Of a stretch of DNA of 64,000 nucleotides, positions 1 through 10,095 are shown piece after piece. The stretch is from Clostridiales bacterium (GTDB taxonomy: Bacteria > Bacillota > Clostridia > Peptostreptococcales > Anaerovoracaceae). Under the pieces are notes generated by a model. It did not search any database, was not told where the DNA came from, and was given only the letters and a program-made list of their open reading frames with translations. The position numbers were made by a program, and so were the translations under genes. The DNA is taken from contig SVCV01000001.1 of assembly GCA_015058185.1 (NCBI GenBank), positions 17,869 through 81,868 on the forward strand. Direction: 5' to 3'. Each line of letters starts with the position of its first letter. Position 1 is the stretch's first letter.

Positions 1-1
1 G

Positions 2-742
2 ATCGACTCCAACAAGAAGGTTGGTTTCGTATTCGACTCCGAAGTTGACGGCATCCTGCTTTCCGGTTATCTGACCGAAATGCTCCCCGGAGCAGGCTAC
101 GAAATCGTAGATCCCGGCCGGTTCCCCATCTCCACTACCGACTACACCTCCGTTATCACCGAACTGAAGAACGCTGACTGCGACATCGTAATCGCAAACC
201 AGGTAACTCCCAACTTCACCACCTTCTGGCAGCAGTGCCACCAGATGGGCTATGTTCCCAAGATGGTATTCGGCGGTAAGGCAGAACACTTCGAAGCTGA
301 TATCTCCGCTCTGGGCGACATCGGTGAAAACGTACTGTGCGAAGTTCTGTGGGATAGAACCTTCCCCTATGAATCTTCTCTGATCGATTACAACTGCGAC
401 ACCCTGGCACAGGCTTGGGAAGATGAAATGGGTACTCAGTTCCCCATGTCTCTGGGCTATGACCTGTCCATCTTCGAAGTTCTCTACGAAGCTCTGAGCA
501 ACTGCGAAGATCTGAGCAACACCACCATCCGTGACAACCTCAAGGCAGTAGAATACGAAGGTATCTACGGCAAGCTGTCCTTCAACGAAGACAACGTAAT
601 GGAAGTTCCCTGCGTAACCTGTCAGTGGATCAAGGGCGACAAGTGGGCATTCGAAAAGAATGTTACTTCCGCTGTAACCTATCCCACCATCACTGACATC
701 AAGGACGTAGAACTGATCCCCGGCTGGAATACCGGCAAGTAA
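2..742 (+). CDS. ABC transporter substrate-binding protein, Liv (branched-chain amino acid) type; 5' end outside window
   Basis: Frame is open from nt 2 with no stop before the listed ATG at 80. It lies directly upstream of LivG/LivF-type ATPases and LivH/LivM-type permeases. Confidence 0.8.
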   Translation: MDSNKKVGFVFDSEVDGILLSGYLTEMLPGAGYEIVDPGRFPISTTDYTSVITELKNADCDIVIANQVTPNFTTFWQQCHQMGYVPKMVFGGKAEHFEADISALGDIGENVLCEVLWDRTFPYESSLIDYNCDTLAQAWEDEMGTQFPMSLGYDLSIFEVLYEALSNCEDLSNTTIRDNLKAVEYEGIYGKLSFNEDNVMEVPCVTCQWIKGDKWAFEKNVTSAVTYPTITDIKDVELIPGWNTGK

Positions 743-757
743 AACCCCTTTAGAAAT

Positions 758-785
758 AAGCCCTGGGGAGATCTCCCCAGGGCTT
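758..785 (+). terminator. GC-rich stem-loop after the binding-protein gene (partial terminator or mRNA stabiliser)
   Basis: AAGCCCTGGGGA-GATC-TCCCCAGGGCTT is a perfect 12-bp inverted repeat. No clear U-tract follows, so read-through into the ATPase genes is likely. Confidence 0.5.
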
Positions 786-831
786 AACCCTTATATAGAC
801 AAAAGTCTCGAAAAGAGAGGATGAACACAAT

Positions 832-1557
832 ATGGCACCGATTCTTAGCGTAAAAGATCTCGCGATTTCCTTCGGCAGCAACCATGTTCTGAAATCCGTA
901 AACTTCGAACTGAATGAAAACGAGGTTTTAGGTGTTGTTGGTCCCAACGGCGCCGGCAAGACTGTAATGCTGGATATCCTTACGGGGGTTCTGAAGCCTA
1001 CAGGCGGAAGCATTACTTTCTGCGGCGAAGAAATCAGCAAGAAAAGTATCTATGAACGGGTACGGATGGGTATCGGCCGTACCTATCAGATCCCCAAGTC
1101 CTTCGAGGGGATGACGGCTTACGAAAATATCATTACCGGCGGCGTATACGGTGCCGGAATGTCTGAAAAAGAAGCCAAGGTACAGGCAAAGGAAATTCTC
1201 GAGATCATCGGAATGAGTGACAGAGCTCTTACCTTTGCCGGGAAGCTTGGTCTTCTTGATAGAAAACGTCTTGAAATTGGTATGGCTATGGCCTCCAAGC
1301 CCAAGATCATTCTGTTCGACGAAGTTGCCGGCGGTTTGACCGAATCCGAAATTGCAGGGGTACTGGACATCGTAGCCACCATTCGGAAACTGGGTTACAG
1401 CATCATTTGGATCGAACATGTGATCCAGACCATGCTGAAGGGTACCGACAGAGTTCTCTGTATGGCAAACGGCGTTGACGTTATCTGCGGCGATCCGCAC
1501 ATGGTTATGACTTCGAGAGAAGTTGAAGAGGTATATCTGGGGGTGAAGAAAAAATGA
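832..1557 (+). CDS. ABC transporter ATP-binding protein, LivG-like
   Basis: Walker A GPNGAGKT and the GIGRTYQ motif typical of LivG. The stop overlaps the next start by 4 nt. Confidence 0.9.
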   Translation: MAPILSVKDLAISFGSNHVLKSVNFELNENEVLGVVGPNGAGKTVMLDILTGVLKPTGGSITFCGEEISKKSIYERVRMGIGRTYQIPKSFEGMTAYENIITGGVYGAGMSEKEAKVQAKEILEIIGMSDRALTFAGKLGLLDRKRLEIGMAMASKPKIILFDEVAGGLTESEIAGVLDIVATIRKLGYSIIWIEHVIQTMLKGTDRVLCMANGVDVICGDPHMVMTSREVEEVYLGVKKK

Positions 1558-2279
1558 GTGACTATATCCTGCAGGCAGAAAACCTTTCTGTAAGCTATGG
1601 TGACTTCATCGCCGTAGAAAACGCCAGCTTTAAAGTTGCGCGGGGCAGCATCACCACCCTGATCGGTGCCAACGGCGCCGGCAAGTCCACTATGCTGAAG
1701 GCCCTGCTGGGCGAAAACAAGCCCCGGGCTGGCAAGGTCATCTTTGAAAACGAAGACATTACCGGAATGAAACCCAATGTGATCGTACGTAAGGGTTTGA
1801 CCATGTCTCCGGAAGGAAGCTGCGTTTTCGATGAAATGACCGTTCGGGAAAACCTTCTCATGGGCTGCTATCAAAAAAGAGCCGCAGCAAAGAAGGAAGA
1901 ACTCTTTGAAAGAGTTTATTCCATGTTCCCCATTCTGAAAGAAAAAGACAAGCAGCTGTCTTCTTACTTATCCGGCGGTCAGCGCCAGATGCTGGCCATC
2001 GCCAGAGCCATCATGGCGGATCCCAAGATGATCATCTGCGACGAAATTTCCCTGGGTCTTGCTCCCGTTGTTATCGGTGAAATTTATGAAAAGATCGCCG
2101 AGATCAACGCTTCCGGCGTAACCTTCCTGATCGTTGACCAGGACGTAGGCCGGAGCCTGGAACACTCCGATTACAGCTATGTAGTTGTAAAGGGCGGTAT
2201 CGTAATGGAAGGTAAGAGCGCAGACCTTCCCGTAGAAGAAGTTAAGGATGCCTACTTCGGCATCAACAAATACGCATAA
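1554..2279 (+). CDS. ABC transporter ATP-binding protein, LivF-like
   Basis: Walker A GANGAGKS, signature LSGGQRQ, and an SPEG motif typical of LivF. Confidence 0.9.
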   Translation: MSDYILQAENLSVSYGDFIAVENASFKVARGSITTLIGANGAGKSTMLKALLGENKPRAGKVIFENEDITGMKPNVIVRKGLTMSPEGSCVFDEMTVRENLLMGCYQKRAAAKKEELFERVYSMFPILKEKDKQLSSYLSGGQRQMLAIARAIMADPKMIICDEISLGLAPVVIGEIYEKIAEINASGVTFLIVDQDVGRSLEHSDYSYVVVKGGIVMEGKSADLPVEEVKDAYFGINKYA

Positions 2280-2295
2280 GGAGGGAAATTCGTAA

Positions 2296-3168
2296 ATGGA
2301 AGCATTAGTTCAATCTATCTTTTCTGGTATCCTCCTTGGCGGCCTCTATGCAGTAGTAGGCGTAGGCTTGTCCATCGTATTCGGTATCATGGGCCTGACC
2401 AACATCGCCCACGGTAATATGATGATCATGTGTTCCTTCCTGATCATGGTATTCGGTACCATGTGCGGCGGAAATATTATCGTCATGCTTCTCCTCGCCG
2501 TTGTATGCGTGGTGGTCTTCGGTTTCCTGTTCCAGAACTTCCTGGTAAACAAGGTAATCGATAAGGGGGCGAACCCAGCCTTGCTGGTCACCTTCGGTAT
2601 ATCCATCGTCATTCAAAACGTGTTGACCCTGATTTTCGGTGCAGACTCCCGTTCTCTCCAGAATGCCTTCTCTACCAAGAACATCGTCAGCACCGAGTGG
2701 CTCTCCATTTCCGGCGGTTATCTGCTGGACTTCATCGTAGCCGTTATCGTTATCCTGGCTCTGTCCTTTTTTATTAAGAACACCCGGATCGGCCGTGCTA
2801 TCCGTGCATCCTCCAATGATGTTCGGGCAGCAGAACTGATGGGTGTCAACACGAAGATGATGTACACCGTTACCATGTGTATCGCTATGGTAACCGCCTG
2901 TATCGCCGGCCTTCTGGTTGGTCAGACCTTCGTCTTCTATCCCTACTCCGGTCCCCAGTACCTGATTATCGCTTTCGGCGTAGTTGTAATCGGCGGTATG
3001 GGAAGCATTCCCGGAACTCTTCTCGGCGGCATTATCCTTGGTCTTGCACAGCTGCTTGGTTCCCACTTCTTCGGACCCGGTTACCAGGTATTCTGCGGCT
3101 ACATCGTAATGCTGATTCTGCTGACGGTTTGTCCCGCAGGTCTGCTGGGCAACGCCAAGCGTAAGTAG
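2296..3168 (+). CDS. branched-chain amino acid ABC permease, LivH-like
   Basis: Polytopic membrane protein of 290 aa with the typical LivH N-terminus and length. Operon context supports the call. Confidence 0.88.
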   Translation: MEALVQSIFSGILLGGLYAVVGVGLSIVFGIMGLTNIAHGNMMIMCSFLIMVFGTMCGGNIIVMLLLAVVCVVVFGFLFQNFLVNKVIDKGANPALLVTFGISIVIQNVLTLIFGADSRSLQNAFSTKNIVSTEWLSISGGYLLDFIVAVIVILALSFFIKNTRIGRAIRASSNDVRAAELMGVNTKMMYTVTMCIAMVTACIAGLLVGQTFVFYPYSGPQYLIIAFGVVVIGGMGSIPGTLLGGIILGLAQLLGSHFFGPGYQVFCGYIVMLILLTVCPAGLLGNAKRK

Positions 3169-3179
3169 GGGGTGAAGAG

Positions 3180-4148
3180 ATGAATACCAATCTTCGTGAA
3201 CAGACGAACAAATCAAAGCTTACAAAAATCATCTCCTTTATCGTTATCATCGCTGTTTTGGCCATCTTCCCCCATGTGGGCAGTGACTATGGCCGGAACA
3301 TCCTGATCCTGATTTTCCTGTACATGGCCATCGGCCATATGTGGAACCTGCTGGCAGGTTATACCGGTTTGGTTTCTCTGGGTATGCAGGCCTTCATCGG
3401 CATCAGCGGCTATGTACTTGCCTTGGTGGTTCAGGTAAACGGATTGCCCATTGCACTGGCCTTTGTTGTGGCCGCTGTGATCGCCATCCTGTTTGCACTT
3501 CTGATCTCGCTGCCAATATTCAAGATGAAGGGTGTATATTTCACCATCGGTACCTGGATCATTGCTGAAGCCCTTTACGTATTCTTCGTAAACTGGAAGT
3601 TTGTAAACTTCGGTATCGGCTACAACATTACCGCAGCCTACCGGATGAACATGAATGCATTCTACTATATGTGCATGATCATCGGTATCATCGCTACTCT
3701 GATCGTTGTTGTGATCCTGCGCTCCAAGATGGGCCTGGCTCTCATGGCTATGAGAGATAACGAAGATGCTGCAGAAATGCGCGGTGTAAGATTGTATCGG
3801 ACCAAGCTGTTCTGCTTCCTGGTAGCCTCTGTTATGACCGCCATCACCGGCGTAGCCCTGTATCTGAACCTGGCTACTATTCGTCCGGGTCCCGCTTTCA
3901 GCATTGACTGGACCGTAGCCATGTGCTTCATCGTAATCATCGGCGGCATCGGAACCATCGAAGGTCCCATCATCGGTGCCATCATATACGTATTGCTTAC
4001 CCAGTTCCTGTACAGCTTCCCCGGTTACAGCAACCTGATCCTCGGTATCATTGCGGTTGCCCTGATCCTGGCAGCTCCCAAGGGCATCATGGGTTATCTG
4101 GAAGATCGCTTCGGCTTCGATATCTTCGGCATTCGTCGTCGATTGTAG
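3180..4148 (+). CDS. branched-chain amino acid ABC permease, LivM-like
   Basis: Polytopic 322-aa membrane protein, last gene of the liv-type operon. Confidence 0.88.
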   Translation: MNTNLREQTNKSKLTKIISFIVIIAVLAIFPHVGSDYGRNILILIFLYMAIGHMWNLLAGYTGLVSLGMQAFIGISGYVLALVVQVNGLPIALAFVVAAVIAILFALLISLPIFKMKGVYFTIGTWIIAEALYVFFVNWKFVNFGIGYNITAAYRMNMNAFYYMCMIIGIIATLIVVVILRSKMGLALMAMRDNEDAAEMRGVRLYRTKLFCFLVASVMTAITGVALYLNLATIRPGPAFSIDWTVAMCFIVIIGGIGTIEGPIIGAIIYVLLTQFLYSFPGYSNLILGIIAVALILAAPKGIMGYLEDRFGFDIFGIRRRL

Positions 4149-4248
4149 ATCAAAAATCGCATTCTCTCGCCTCCAGCCCACGCAGTCCCAGGGCGGGGAG
4201 GTTGTCGGCAGGCTCTTTCGAATGGAAGGGCCTGCTGCTTTTGTGAAG

Positions 4249-4277
4249 TTGACAGCGTTTGCCTCCTGTTCTATACT
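4249..4277 (+). promoter_or_regulatory. sigma-A type promoter for carD (TTGACA-17-TATACT), overlapped by a 16-bp perfect palindrome
   Basis: TTGACA at 4249-4254, 17-nt spacer, TATACT at 4272-4277. CTATACTATAGTATAG at 4271-4286 is self-complementary. Confidence 0.6.
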
Positions 4278-4302
4278 ATAGTATAGACTGGAGGCATTTA
4301 TC

Positions 4303-4785
4303 ATGTTTTCGATCGGTGACAAAATCGTATACCCCATGCAGGGGGCTGGAGTGATCATCGAGATCCGGGAAGAAAGGGTGCTGGGCGAGTTCCACCGCTA
4401 CTATATTCTCCGGGTTCCTTTGGGTGGAACGAATCTCATGGTGCCCGTGGATACCTGTGAAAATATCGGTGTCCGCAGGGTGGTTTCTCCCGAAAAAATC
4501 GAAGAGATGCTCACGGTGCTCCGCAGCGAATCCACGGAGATGTCGGACAGCTGGAATCGTCGCTACCGGGCGAACCTGGACCTTCTCCGGACCGGTGATA
4601 TCTGTCAGGTGGCTGCTGTGATCCGCAATCTGATGCGCTCCGACAGGATCCGGAAACTGTCCGCAGGGGAAAAGAAGATGCTGGCCAATGCCCGGCATAT
4701 TCTGGTCAGTGAAATGATTCTGGTAAAGGGGATGGATCGGGCAGAAGCGGAGCAGGTGATCCTGGCCGCGGTAAACGCTCTTTAG
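4303..4785 (+). CDS. carD: CarD/CdnL family RNA-polymerase-binding transcription regulator
   Basis: The N-terminal FSIGDKIVYPMQGAGVI...ERVLGEFHRYYIL matches the CarD_CdnL_TRCF domain. Length is 160 aa. Confidence 0.9.
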   Translation: MFSIGDKIVYPMQGAGVIIEIREERVLGEFHRYYILRVPLGGTNLMVPVDTCENIGVRRVVSPEKIEEMLTVLRSESTEMSDSWNRRYRANLDLLRTGDICQVAAVIRNLMRSDRIRKLSAGEKKMLANARHILVSEMILVKGMDRAEAEQVILAAVNAL

Positions 4786-4824
4786 TCTGAAGGGAAGTAT
4801 TTTAGGGAAAGGAGGTGAAAATGT

Positions 4825-5925
4825 ATGTATATTAAACTGTTTCGGCCGGTGTTTACCTTTTGCGGTGCTCTTTGCGGCTACGGTGTGTCTTATTTATTAT
4901 TATATGTGGTAATGCCCCTCATCGATTGGTGGGCAAACCTGCAGATGATCGCCTGGGAAAAAGCGATTTTTTCCATTGTGTGCATCCTGCTTTTCGCAAT
5001 TATATTCTTTTTTATCGCACCGTTTCTGGCAAGACGCATTAAAAAGGCTTCGTCCGAAATCGAGATCGAGATGCAAAAGGTTCCCGCCGCAGAGCTCGGT
5101 CCCGCGCTGATCGGCCTGATCGCAGGCTTGTTTGTAGCCTTCCTGATCAGCAACCTCTACAGCGTTATCGATGTTCCTTATCTTGCACTGATCCTGTCTA
5201 TCCTGACTTATTTTTTCCTGGGATATGTGGGGCTCATGGTTGCAAGAAAGCGGGGCAAAGACCTGTTTTCCGGCCTTTCGCAGCTGCAGAAAAGACCCCT
5301 TGGCGGGAAAGCCAAGGCTCAGGAAGCGGCGCCCAAGATCCTGGATACCAGCGTTATTATTGACGGTCGTATTTCGGACATTATGCGAACCGGTTTCATT
5401 GAAGGTCGGATCATCATTCCTGAGTTCGTTCTGCTGGAACTGCAGCACATTGCGGATTCTTCCGACAACTTAAAGCGAAATCGGGGAAGACGAGGTTTGG
5501 ACATTCTGAACCGGATCCAAAAAGACCACGGGATCGAGATCTATAACACCACCCAGGAAAAGGGACTGGACGAGATCCCGGAAGTGGATATCAAACTGCT
5601 GAAGCTGGCCCAAAGCATGAACGGCCAGGTGGTTACCAATGACTACAACCTGAATAAGGTTGCCGCTATTAAGGGCGTTAAGGTCCTCAATATCAATGAG
5701 CTGGCCAATACCCTGAAACCTGTGGTCCTCCCCGGCGAGGAAATGACCGTTTTCCTCGTGAAGGAAGGCAAGGAACATAACCAGGGCGTTGCCTATCTGG
5801 ACGATGGGACTATGATCGTCGTGGAAGAGGGAAGACCCTTTATCGGAAAGACCGTTGACCTTACCGTCACCAGCGTTCTGCAGACTTCCGCAGGTCGGAT
5901 GATCTTTGGAAAACCGAAAAAATAA
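4825..5925 (+). CDS. yacL: PIN/TRAM domain membrane-anchored protein (YacL-like)
   Basis: N-terminal TM helices, a PIN domain (ILDTSVIIDGRI) and a C-terminal TRAM-like domain. It sits immediately before ispDF, as yacL does in Bacillus. GGAGGTG lies 7 nt before the ATG. Confidence 0.85.
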   Translation: MYIKLFRPVFTFCGALCGYGVSYLLLYVVMPLIDWWANLQMIAWEKAIFSIVCILLFAIIFFFIAPFLARRIKKASSEIEIEMQKVPAAELGPALIGLIAGLFVAFLISNLYSVIDVPYLALILSILTYFFLGYVGLMVARKRGKDLFSGLSQLQKRPLGGKAKAQEAAPKILDTSVIIDGRISDIMRTGFIEGRIIIPEFVLLELQHIADSSDNLKRNRGRRGLDILNRIQKDHGIEIYNTTQEKGLDEIPEVDIKLLKLAQSMNGQVVTNDYNLNKVAAIKGVKVLNINELANTLKPVVLPGEEMTVFLVKEGKEHNQGVAYLDDGTMIVVEEGRPFIGKTVDLTVTSVLQTSAGRMIFGKPKK

Positions 5926-5948
5926 GTCCTTTGGAGGATACAAAAAGG

Positions 5949-7148
5949 ATGTATCAAGGCAAAAAAGTATCCGTGATCATTGCTGCTGCCGGTTCCGGAA
6001 GCCGGATGGGCGGCGGCATTTCCAAACAGTATATTGAAGTCCGGGGCATTCCCGTTTTGGCCAGAGCCCTTGGGGCCTTTGATCGTCATCCTTTGGTGGA
6101 TGAGATCCTTGTGGTCATGAAGCGGGAGGACCTGGAAGTTTGCCGCAGAGATATCGTGGAGAAATATGGCTTCCGAAAGGTTCGGAAGGTCATTGCCGGC
6201 GGTAAGGAGCGGCAGGAATCCGTTTTTATCGCCCTCTCGGAGCTTTCCGATGAGGGCTATATCCTTGTTCATGACGGAGCCAGGCCTTTCGTGTCTCAGG
6301 ATCTGATCACCCGGATCATCGAAGGTGCTGCGGAACATGGTGCGGCCATCCCCGGTGTGCCCCTTCGGGAAACCATTAAGAGGGCGGAGGACGGCTGGCT
6401 TGCGGAAACTTTGGACAGGGATACGCTCTTTGCTGTTCGGACCCCGCAGGGTTTTGAGGCCAAGATGCTGAAAAAGGCCCATGATCAGGCCCGGGAAGAA
6501 GGCTTCACCGGAACCGATGATGGTGCATTGCTGGAAAGAATAGGAGGGCGCAGCCGCTTGATTCTTTGTGAACAGGACAATATTAAAATCACCACTGCGG
6601 AGGATCTTCCTTTAGCGGAATCCATCGCTGACAGATTAGATGGACCGGCTTTGGAAAAGCCGCCTTCACCGTCCTGGCGTGTGGGGACAGGCTTTGATGC
6701 CCATCGGTTGGTCCCCGATCGCAAACTGATCCTGGGCGGCGTGGAGATCCCTTATGAATTGGGACTGCTCGGTCATTCCGATGCGGACGTATTGCTCCAC
6801 GCGGTAATGGATGCTTTGCTGGGTGCCTGTGCCCTGGGAGATATCGGGAAACATTTCCCGGACAAGGATCCGAAGTATGCAGGGATCTCAAGCCTGCTGC
6901 TTTTGGGCTATACCCGGGAGATCATGGAAGAGCACGGCTTCTTTCCCGGCAATGTGGATGTCACATTGATCGGACAAAAGCCGAAGATCGCACCTTATGC
7001 TCCGGAAATGAAAAAAAATATTGCAAAAGTACTGCAAATAGATGAAAATTTAGTAAATGTGAAAGCAACTACCACCGAAAAGATGGGATTCTGCGGCAGA
7101 GAAGAAGGATTGGCTGCGGAAGCTGCTGTCACGGTATGGTGTAAATGA
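5949..7148 (+). CDS. ispDF: bifunctional 2-C-methyl-D-erythritol 4-phosphate cytidylyltransferase / MEcPP synthase (IspD-IspF fusion)
   Basis: IspD motif AAGSGSRMG at the N-terminus and IspF motifs GxGFDAHRL...GHSDADV in the C-terminal 160 aa. I prefer the ATG at 5949 over the TTG at 5931 listed by the track. Confidence 0.92.
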   Translation: MYQGKKVSVIIAAAGSGSRMGGGISKQYIEVRGIPVLARALGAFDRHPLVDEILVVMKREDLEVCRRDIVEKYGFRKVRKVIAGGKERQESVFIALSELSDEGYILVHDGARPFVSQDLITRIIEGAAEHGAAIPGVPLRETIKRAEDGWLAETLDRDTLFAVRTPQGFEAKMLKKAHDQAREEGFTGTDDGALLERIGGRSRLILCEQDNIKITTAEDLPLAESIADRLDGPALEKPPSPSWRVGTGFDAHRLVPDRKLILGGVEIPYELGLLGHSDADVLLHAVMDALLGACALGDIGKHFPDKDPKYAGISSLLLLGYTREIMEEHGFFPGNVDVTLIGQKPKIAPYAPEMKKNIAKVLQIDENLVNVKATTTEKMGFCGREEGLAAEAAVTVWCK

Positions 7149-7164
7149 TAGGAGGAAATGCTCT

Positions 7165-8883
7165 ATGAGAATGTCATCTATGTATCTGAAAACTCTTCGG
7201 GAAGTACCCGCCGAAGCGGAGATCCCCAGCCATATTTGGCTCCTGAGAGCCGGTATGATCCGGAAACTGGTTTCCGGTGTGTATGGCTTTATGCCTTTGG
7301 GCTTTAAGTCTCTGCGGAAGATCGAAGAGATCGTTCGGGAGGAAATGGACAACAGCGGGGCTCAGGAGATCCTGATGTCCGCTATTCAGCCCGCAGAACT
7401 GTGGCAGGAATCCGGTCGCTGGTATGCTTACGGACCCGAAATGTTCCGTCTGAAGGACCGGAGCCAGAGAGAGTTTTGCCTTGGCCCCACCCACGAAGAA
7501 GTTTTTACCGACATCGTTCGGAATGAAGTGGACTCTTACCGTCAGCTGCCCTTGAATCTGTATCAGATCCAGACCAAGTACAGAGACGAACAGCGTCCCC
7601 GTTTCGGCCTCATGAGAAGCCGTGAATTCATCATGAAGGATGCTTATTCCTTCGACCGTGACTGGGAAGGCCTGAATCGCAGTTACCAGATCATGTACGA
7701 TGCATACACCCGGATCTTCAACCGCTGCGGACTGACTTTCCGTGCAGTAGAAGCGGATACCGGCGCCATCGGCGGCAGCGATTCCCACGAATTCACCGCT
7801 CTGTCCGAATACGGCGAAAGCGAGATCGCCTACTGCGACAGCTGTGATCTGGCTGCCACCACTGAAAGAGCTGCCTGCGTAGACGACAAGTACGCAGAAG
7901 AAGCTCTGCTGGCTATGGAAGAAGTGGCAACCCCCGGAACCAAGGCCATCGAAGAGGTAGCCAAGTTCCTGAATGTGGATATGAAGAAGACTCTGAAGGC
8001 TCTTCTGTTTGAAGTGTTCGACCAGGATTACCGTTTCGTTGCTGTATTTATTCGCGGCGACCGGGAACTGAATATGACCAAGCTGGTCAATGCCCTGAAC
8101 ATCCCCGAACATGCCATCCAGTTTGCTGACGAAGTGGCTATGGGTGCCGAAACCGGCTGCGTAGGCGGTTTCACCGGTCCCATGGGACTCCATGACTGCA
8201 AGATCCTGGTCGATACCGAAGCTGCTGCTGCTCCCAATCTGGTTGCCGGCGCTAACAAGGTGGATACCCATGTATTAAACGTAAATTACGGCAGAGACTA
8301 TACTGCAGATATCGTGACCGATCTGAAGCTGATCAAGGCCGGCGACGCCTGTCCCAAGTGCGGTGCCCCTGTTAAGATCACCAGAGGCATCGAAGTCGGT
8401 CAGGTATTCAAGCTGGGCACCAAGTACAGCGCAGCTATGGGCGCTTGCTACAAGGATGAAAACATGCAGGAACAGACCATGGTCATGGGCTGCTACGGCA
8501 TCGGCATCAGCCGGACTCTGGCTGCCATCGTAGAACAGAATCATGACGAAGATGGTATCATCTGGCCCATGGCAGTTGCTCCCTATCATGTGATCGTGAC
8601 TCTGATCAATAAGGACGACGATGCTCAGGCAAAGCTGGGTGAAGATATCTATCGCCATCTGCGTTCTGCCGGTGTGGAAGTTCTTCTGGATGACCGGAAA
8701 GAACGTCCCGGCGTAAAGTTCAAGGATGCTGACCTTCTGGGCATTCCCCTGCGGATCACCGTAGGTAAGAAGGCTGCGGAAGGCGTTGTAGAATACAAGC
8801 TGCGTAAGGAAAAGGAATCCTGTGACATGCAGTGGGATGCTGCCGCCGAGGCTGCCATCCGTCTGGTTCGGGAAAGCCTGTAA
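7165..8883 (+). CDS. proS: proline--tRNA ligase (bacterial type with INS editing domain)
   Basis: 572 aa with the class II motifs and the characteristic N-terminus TLREVPAEAE. AGGAGG lies 9 nt upstream. Confidence 0.95.
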   Translation: MRMSSMYLKTLREVPAEAEIPSHIWLLRAGMIRKLVSGVYGFMPLGFKSLRKIEEIVREEMDNSGAQEILMSAIQPAELWQESGRWYAYGPEMFRLKDRSQREFCLGPTHEEVFTDIVRNEVDSYRQLPLNLYQIQTKYRDEQRPRFGLMRSREFIMKDAYSFDRDWEGLNRSYQIMYDAYTRIFNRCGLTFRAVEADTGAIGGSDSHEFTALSEYGESEIAYCDSCDLAATTERAACVDDKYAEEALLAMEEVATPGTKAIEEVAKFLNVDMKKTLKALLFEVFDQDYRFVAVFIRGDRELNMTKLVNALNIPEHAIQFADEVAMGAETGCVGGFTGPMGLHDCKILVDTEAAAAPNLVAGANKVDTHVLNVNYGRDYTADIVTDLKLIKAGDACPKCGAPVKITRGIEVGQVFKLGTKYSAAMGACYKDENMQEQTMVMGCYGIGISRTLAAIVEQNHDEDGIIWPMAVAPYHVIVTLINKDDDAQAKLGEDIYRHLRSAGVEVLLDDRKERPGVKFKDADLLGIPLRITVGKKAAEGVVEYKLRKEKESCDMQWDAAAEAAIRLVRESL

Positions 8884-8913
8884 CGAAACGCTGCTTAAGT
8901 AAGGGGCAGTGAA

Positions 8914-9459
8914 ATGAAAACTCTGTGGACCCTGTTCCGCGTATTTTTCACAATAGGATTGCTTACTTTTGGCGGGGGCCTGGCTATGGTTCCCGCCATT
9001 CGTCGTCAGGCCAAAGAACAGGGCTGGATGACGGAGGAAGAAATGCTGGACTGCATTGCCATCTGCCAATCTTTGCCCGGCATGATCGCCCCCAATATCT
9101 GTACCTATATCGGGAATCGGGTAAAGGGGGTCCCCGGAGCCATTGCGGCTACCCTGGGCATCGTTCTTCCTGCGTTTTTATCCATTCTGATCATTCTCAT
9201 GTTCCTGGGACACATTGAAGATAATCCCTATGTCAAAGGAGCCTTTGTGGGAGTTCAGTCAGCCTCCGTCGGCCTGATCCTTATGACCGTATACCAAATG
9301 AGCCGGAACATTATGAAGAACTGGCTTTCCTGGGTTTTGGCCGCAGTATCCTTTGTTCTTGTTGTGGTATTGGGAGTCAATGCGATCCTGAGCATTATCC
9401 TTTGCGGATTTGTGGGATGGCTGTCCTGGTATGCCTGCCGAAAGGAGGGGAAAAAATGA
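8914..9459 (+). CDS. chromate transporter (ChrA) family protein, first half-size subunit
   Basis: FLRIGLLTFGGG-type motif (FFTIGLLTFGGGLAM). 181-aa membrane protein. Confidence 0.85.
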   Translation: MKTLWTLFRVFFTIGLLTFGGGLAMVPAIRRQAKEQGWMTEEEMLDCIAICQSLPGMIAPNICTYIGNRVKGVPGAIAATLGIVLPAFLSILIILMFLGHIEDNPYVKGAFVGVQSASVGLILMTVYQMSRNIMKNWLSWVLAAVSFVLVVVLGVNAILSIILCGFVGWLSWYACRKEGKK

Positions 9460-10025
9460 TCCTCCTTCAGCTTTTCATCGTATTCTTCCGGATCGGATTT
9501 TTCTGCTTCGGCGGCGGGTACGCCATGCTGCCGCTGATCTATCAGGGGATCCAGGACTTCGGATTTATGGGTACCGAGGAGTTTGCCCGGCTGGTGGCAT
9601 TGTCCCAGGTCACTCCTGGTCCCATTGCAGTCAACGCCGCTACCTATGTGGGTTACCAAAGTGCCGGCGTTATGGGTGCTGTTTTCGCCACCATCGGTAT
9701 GTCCCTGCCTTCCATTATCCTTGTGGTCCTGGTCATGAAATTCATGATGAAGTTCCACGAAAACAAGGGTGTGAAGGCGGTATTCTCCGGGATCCGTCCT
9801 GCTACCATCGGTCTTTTGGCTTCTGCCATCATCTTTTTGGCGGAGGGCGCTCTTTTTAAAAGCGGCGGCTTTACGGTTGTGATGCTGCAGGCCCCCGCAG
9901 AATATTTTAACCTGATACCTATTTTGTTCTGTGTGGTGGCCGCTTTCCTGAACGGGAAGTTCAAAATGGGACCCATTAAGATCATGTTGATCGCGGGGGT
10001 TGCAGGAGCCTTTTTAATCAGGTAA
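9456..10025 (+). CDS. chromate transporter (ChrA) family protein, second half-size subunit
   Basis: FFRIGFFCFGGGYAMLP motif. The ATG at 9456 overlaps the upstream stop (ATGA) and follows AAAGGAGGGG. The track's earlier start at 9402 lies inside the previous gene. Confidence 0.85.
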   Translation: MILLQLFIVFFRIGFFCFGGGYAMLPLIYQGIQDFGFMGTEEFARLVALSQVTPGPIAVNAATYVGYQSAGVMGAVFATIGMSLPSIILVVLVMKFMMKFHENKGVKAVFSGIRPATIGLLASAIIFLAEGALFKSGGFTVVMLQAPAEYFNLIPILFCVVAAFLNGKFKMGPIKIMLIAGVAGAFLIR

Positions 10026-10095
10026 AATACACAAGTAGGAAATATTTTCCCGGCGCTGCCGGGAGATGCAAGAAAATATAACAGGAGGATTCCCT

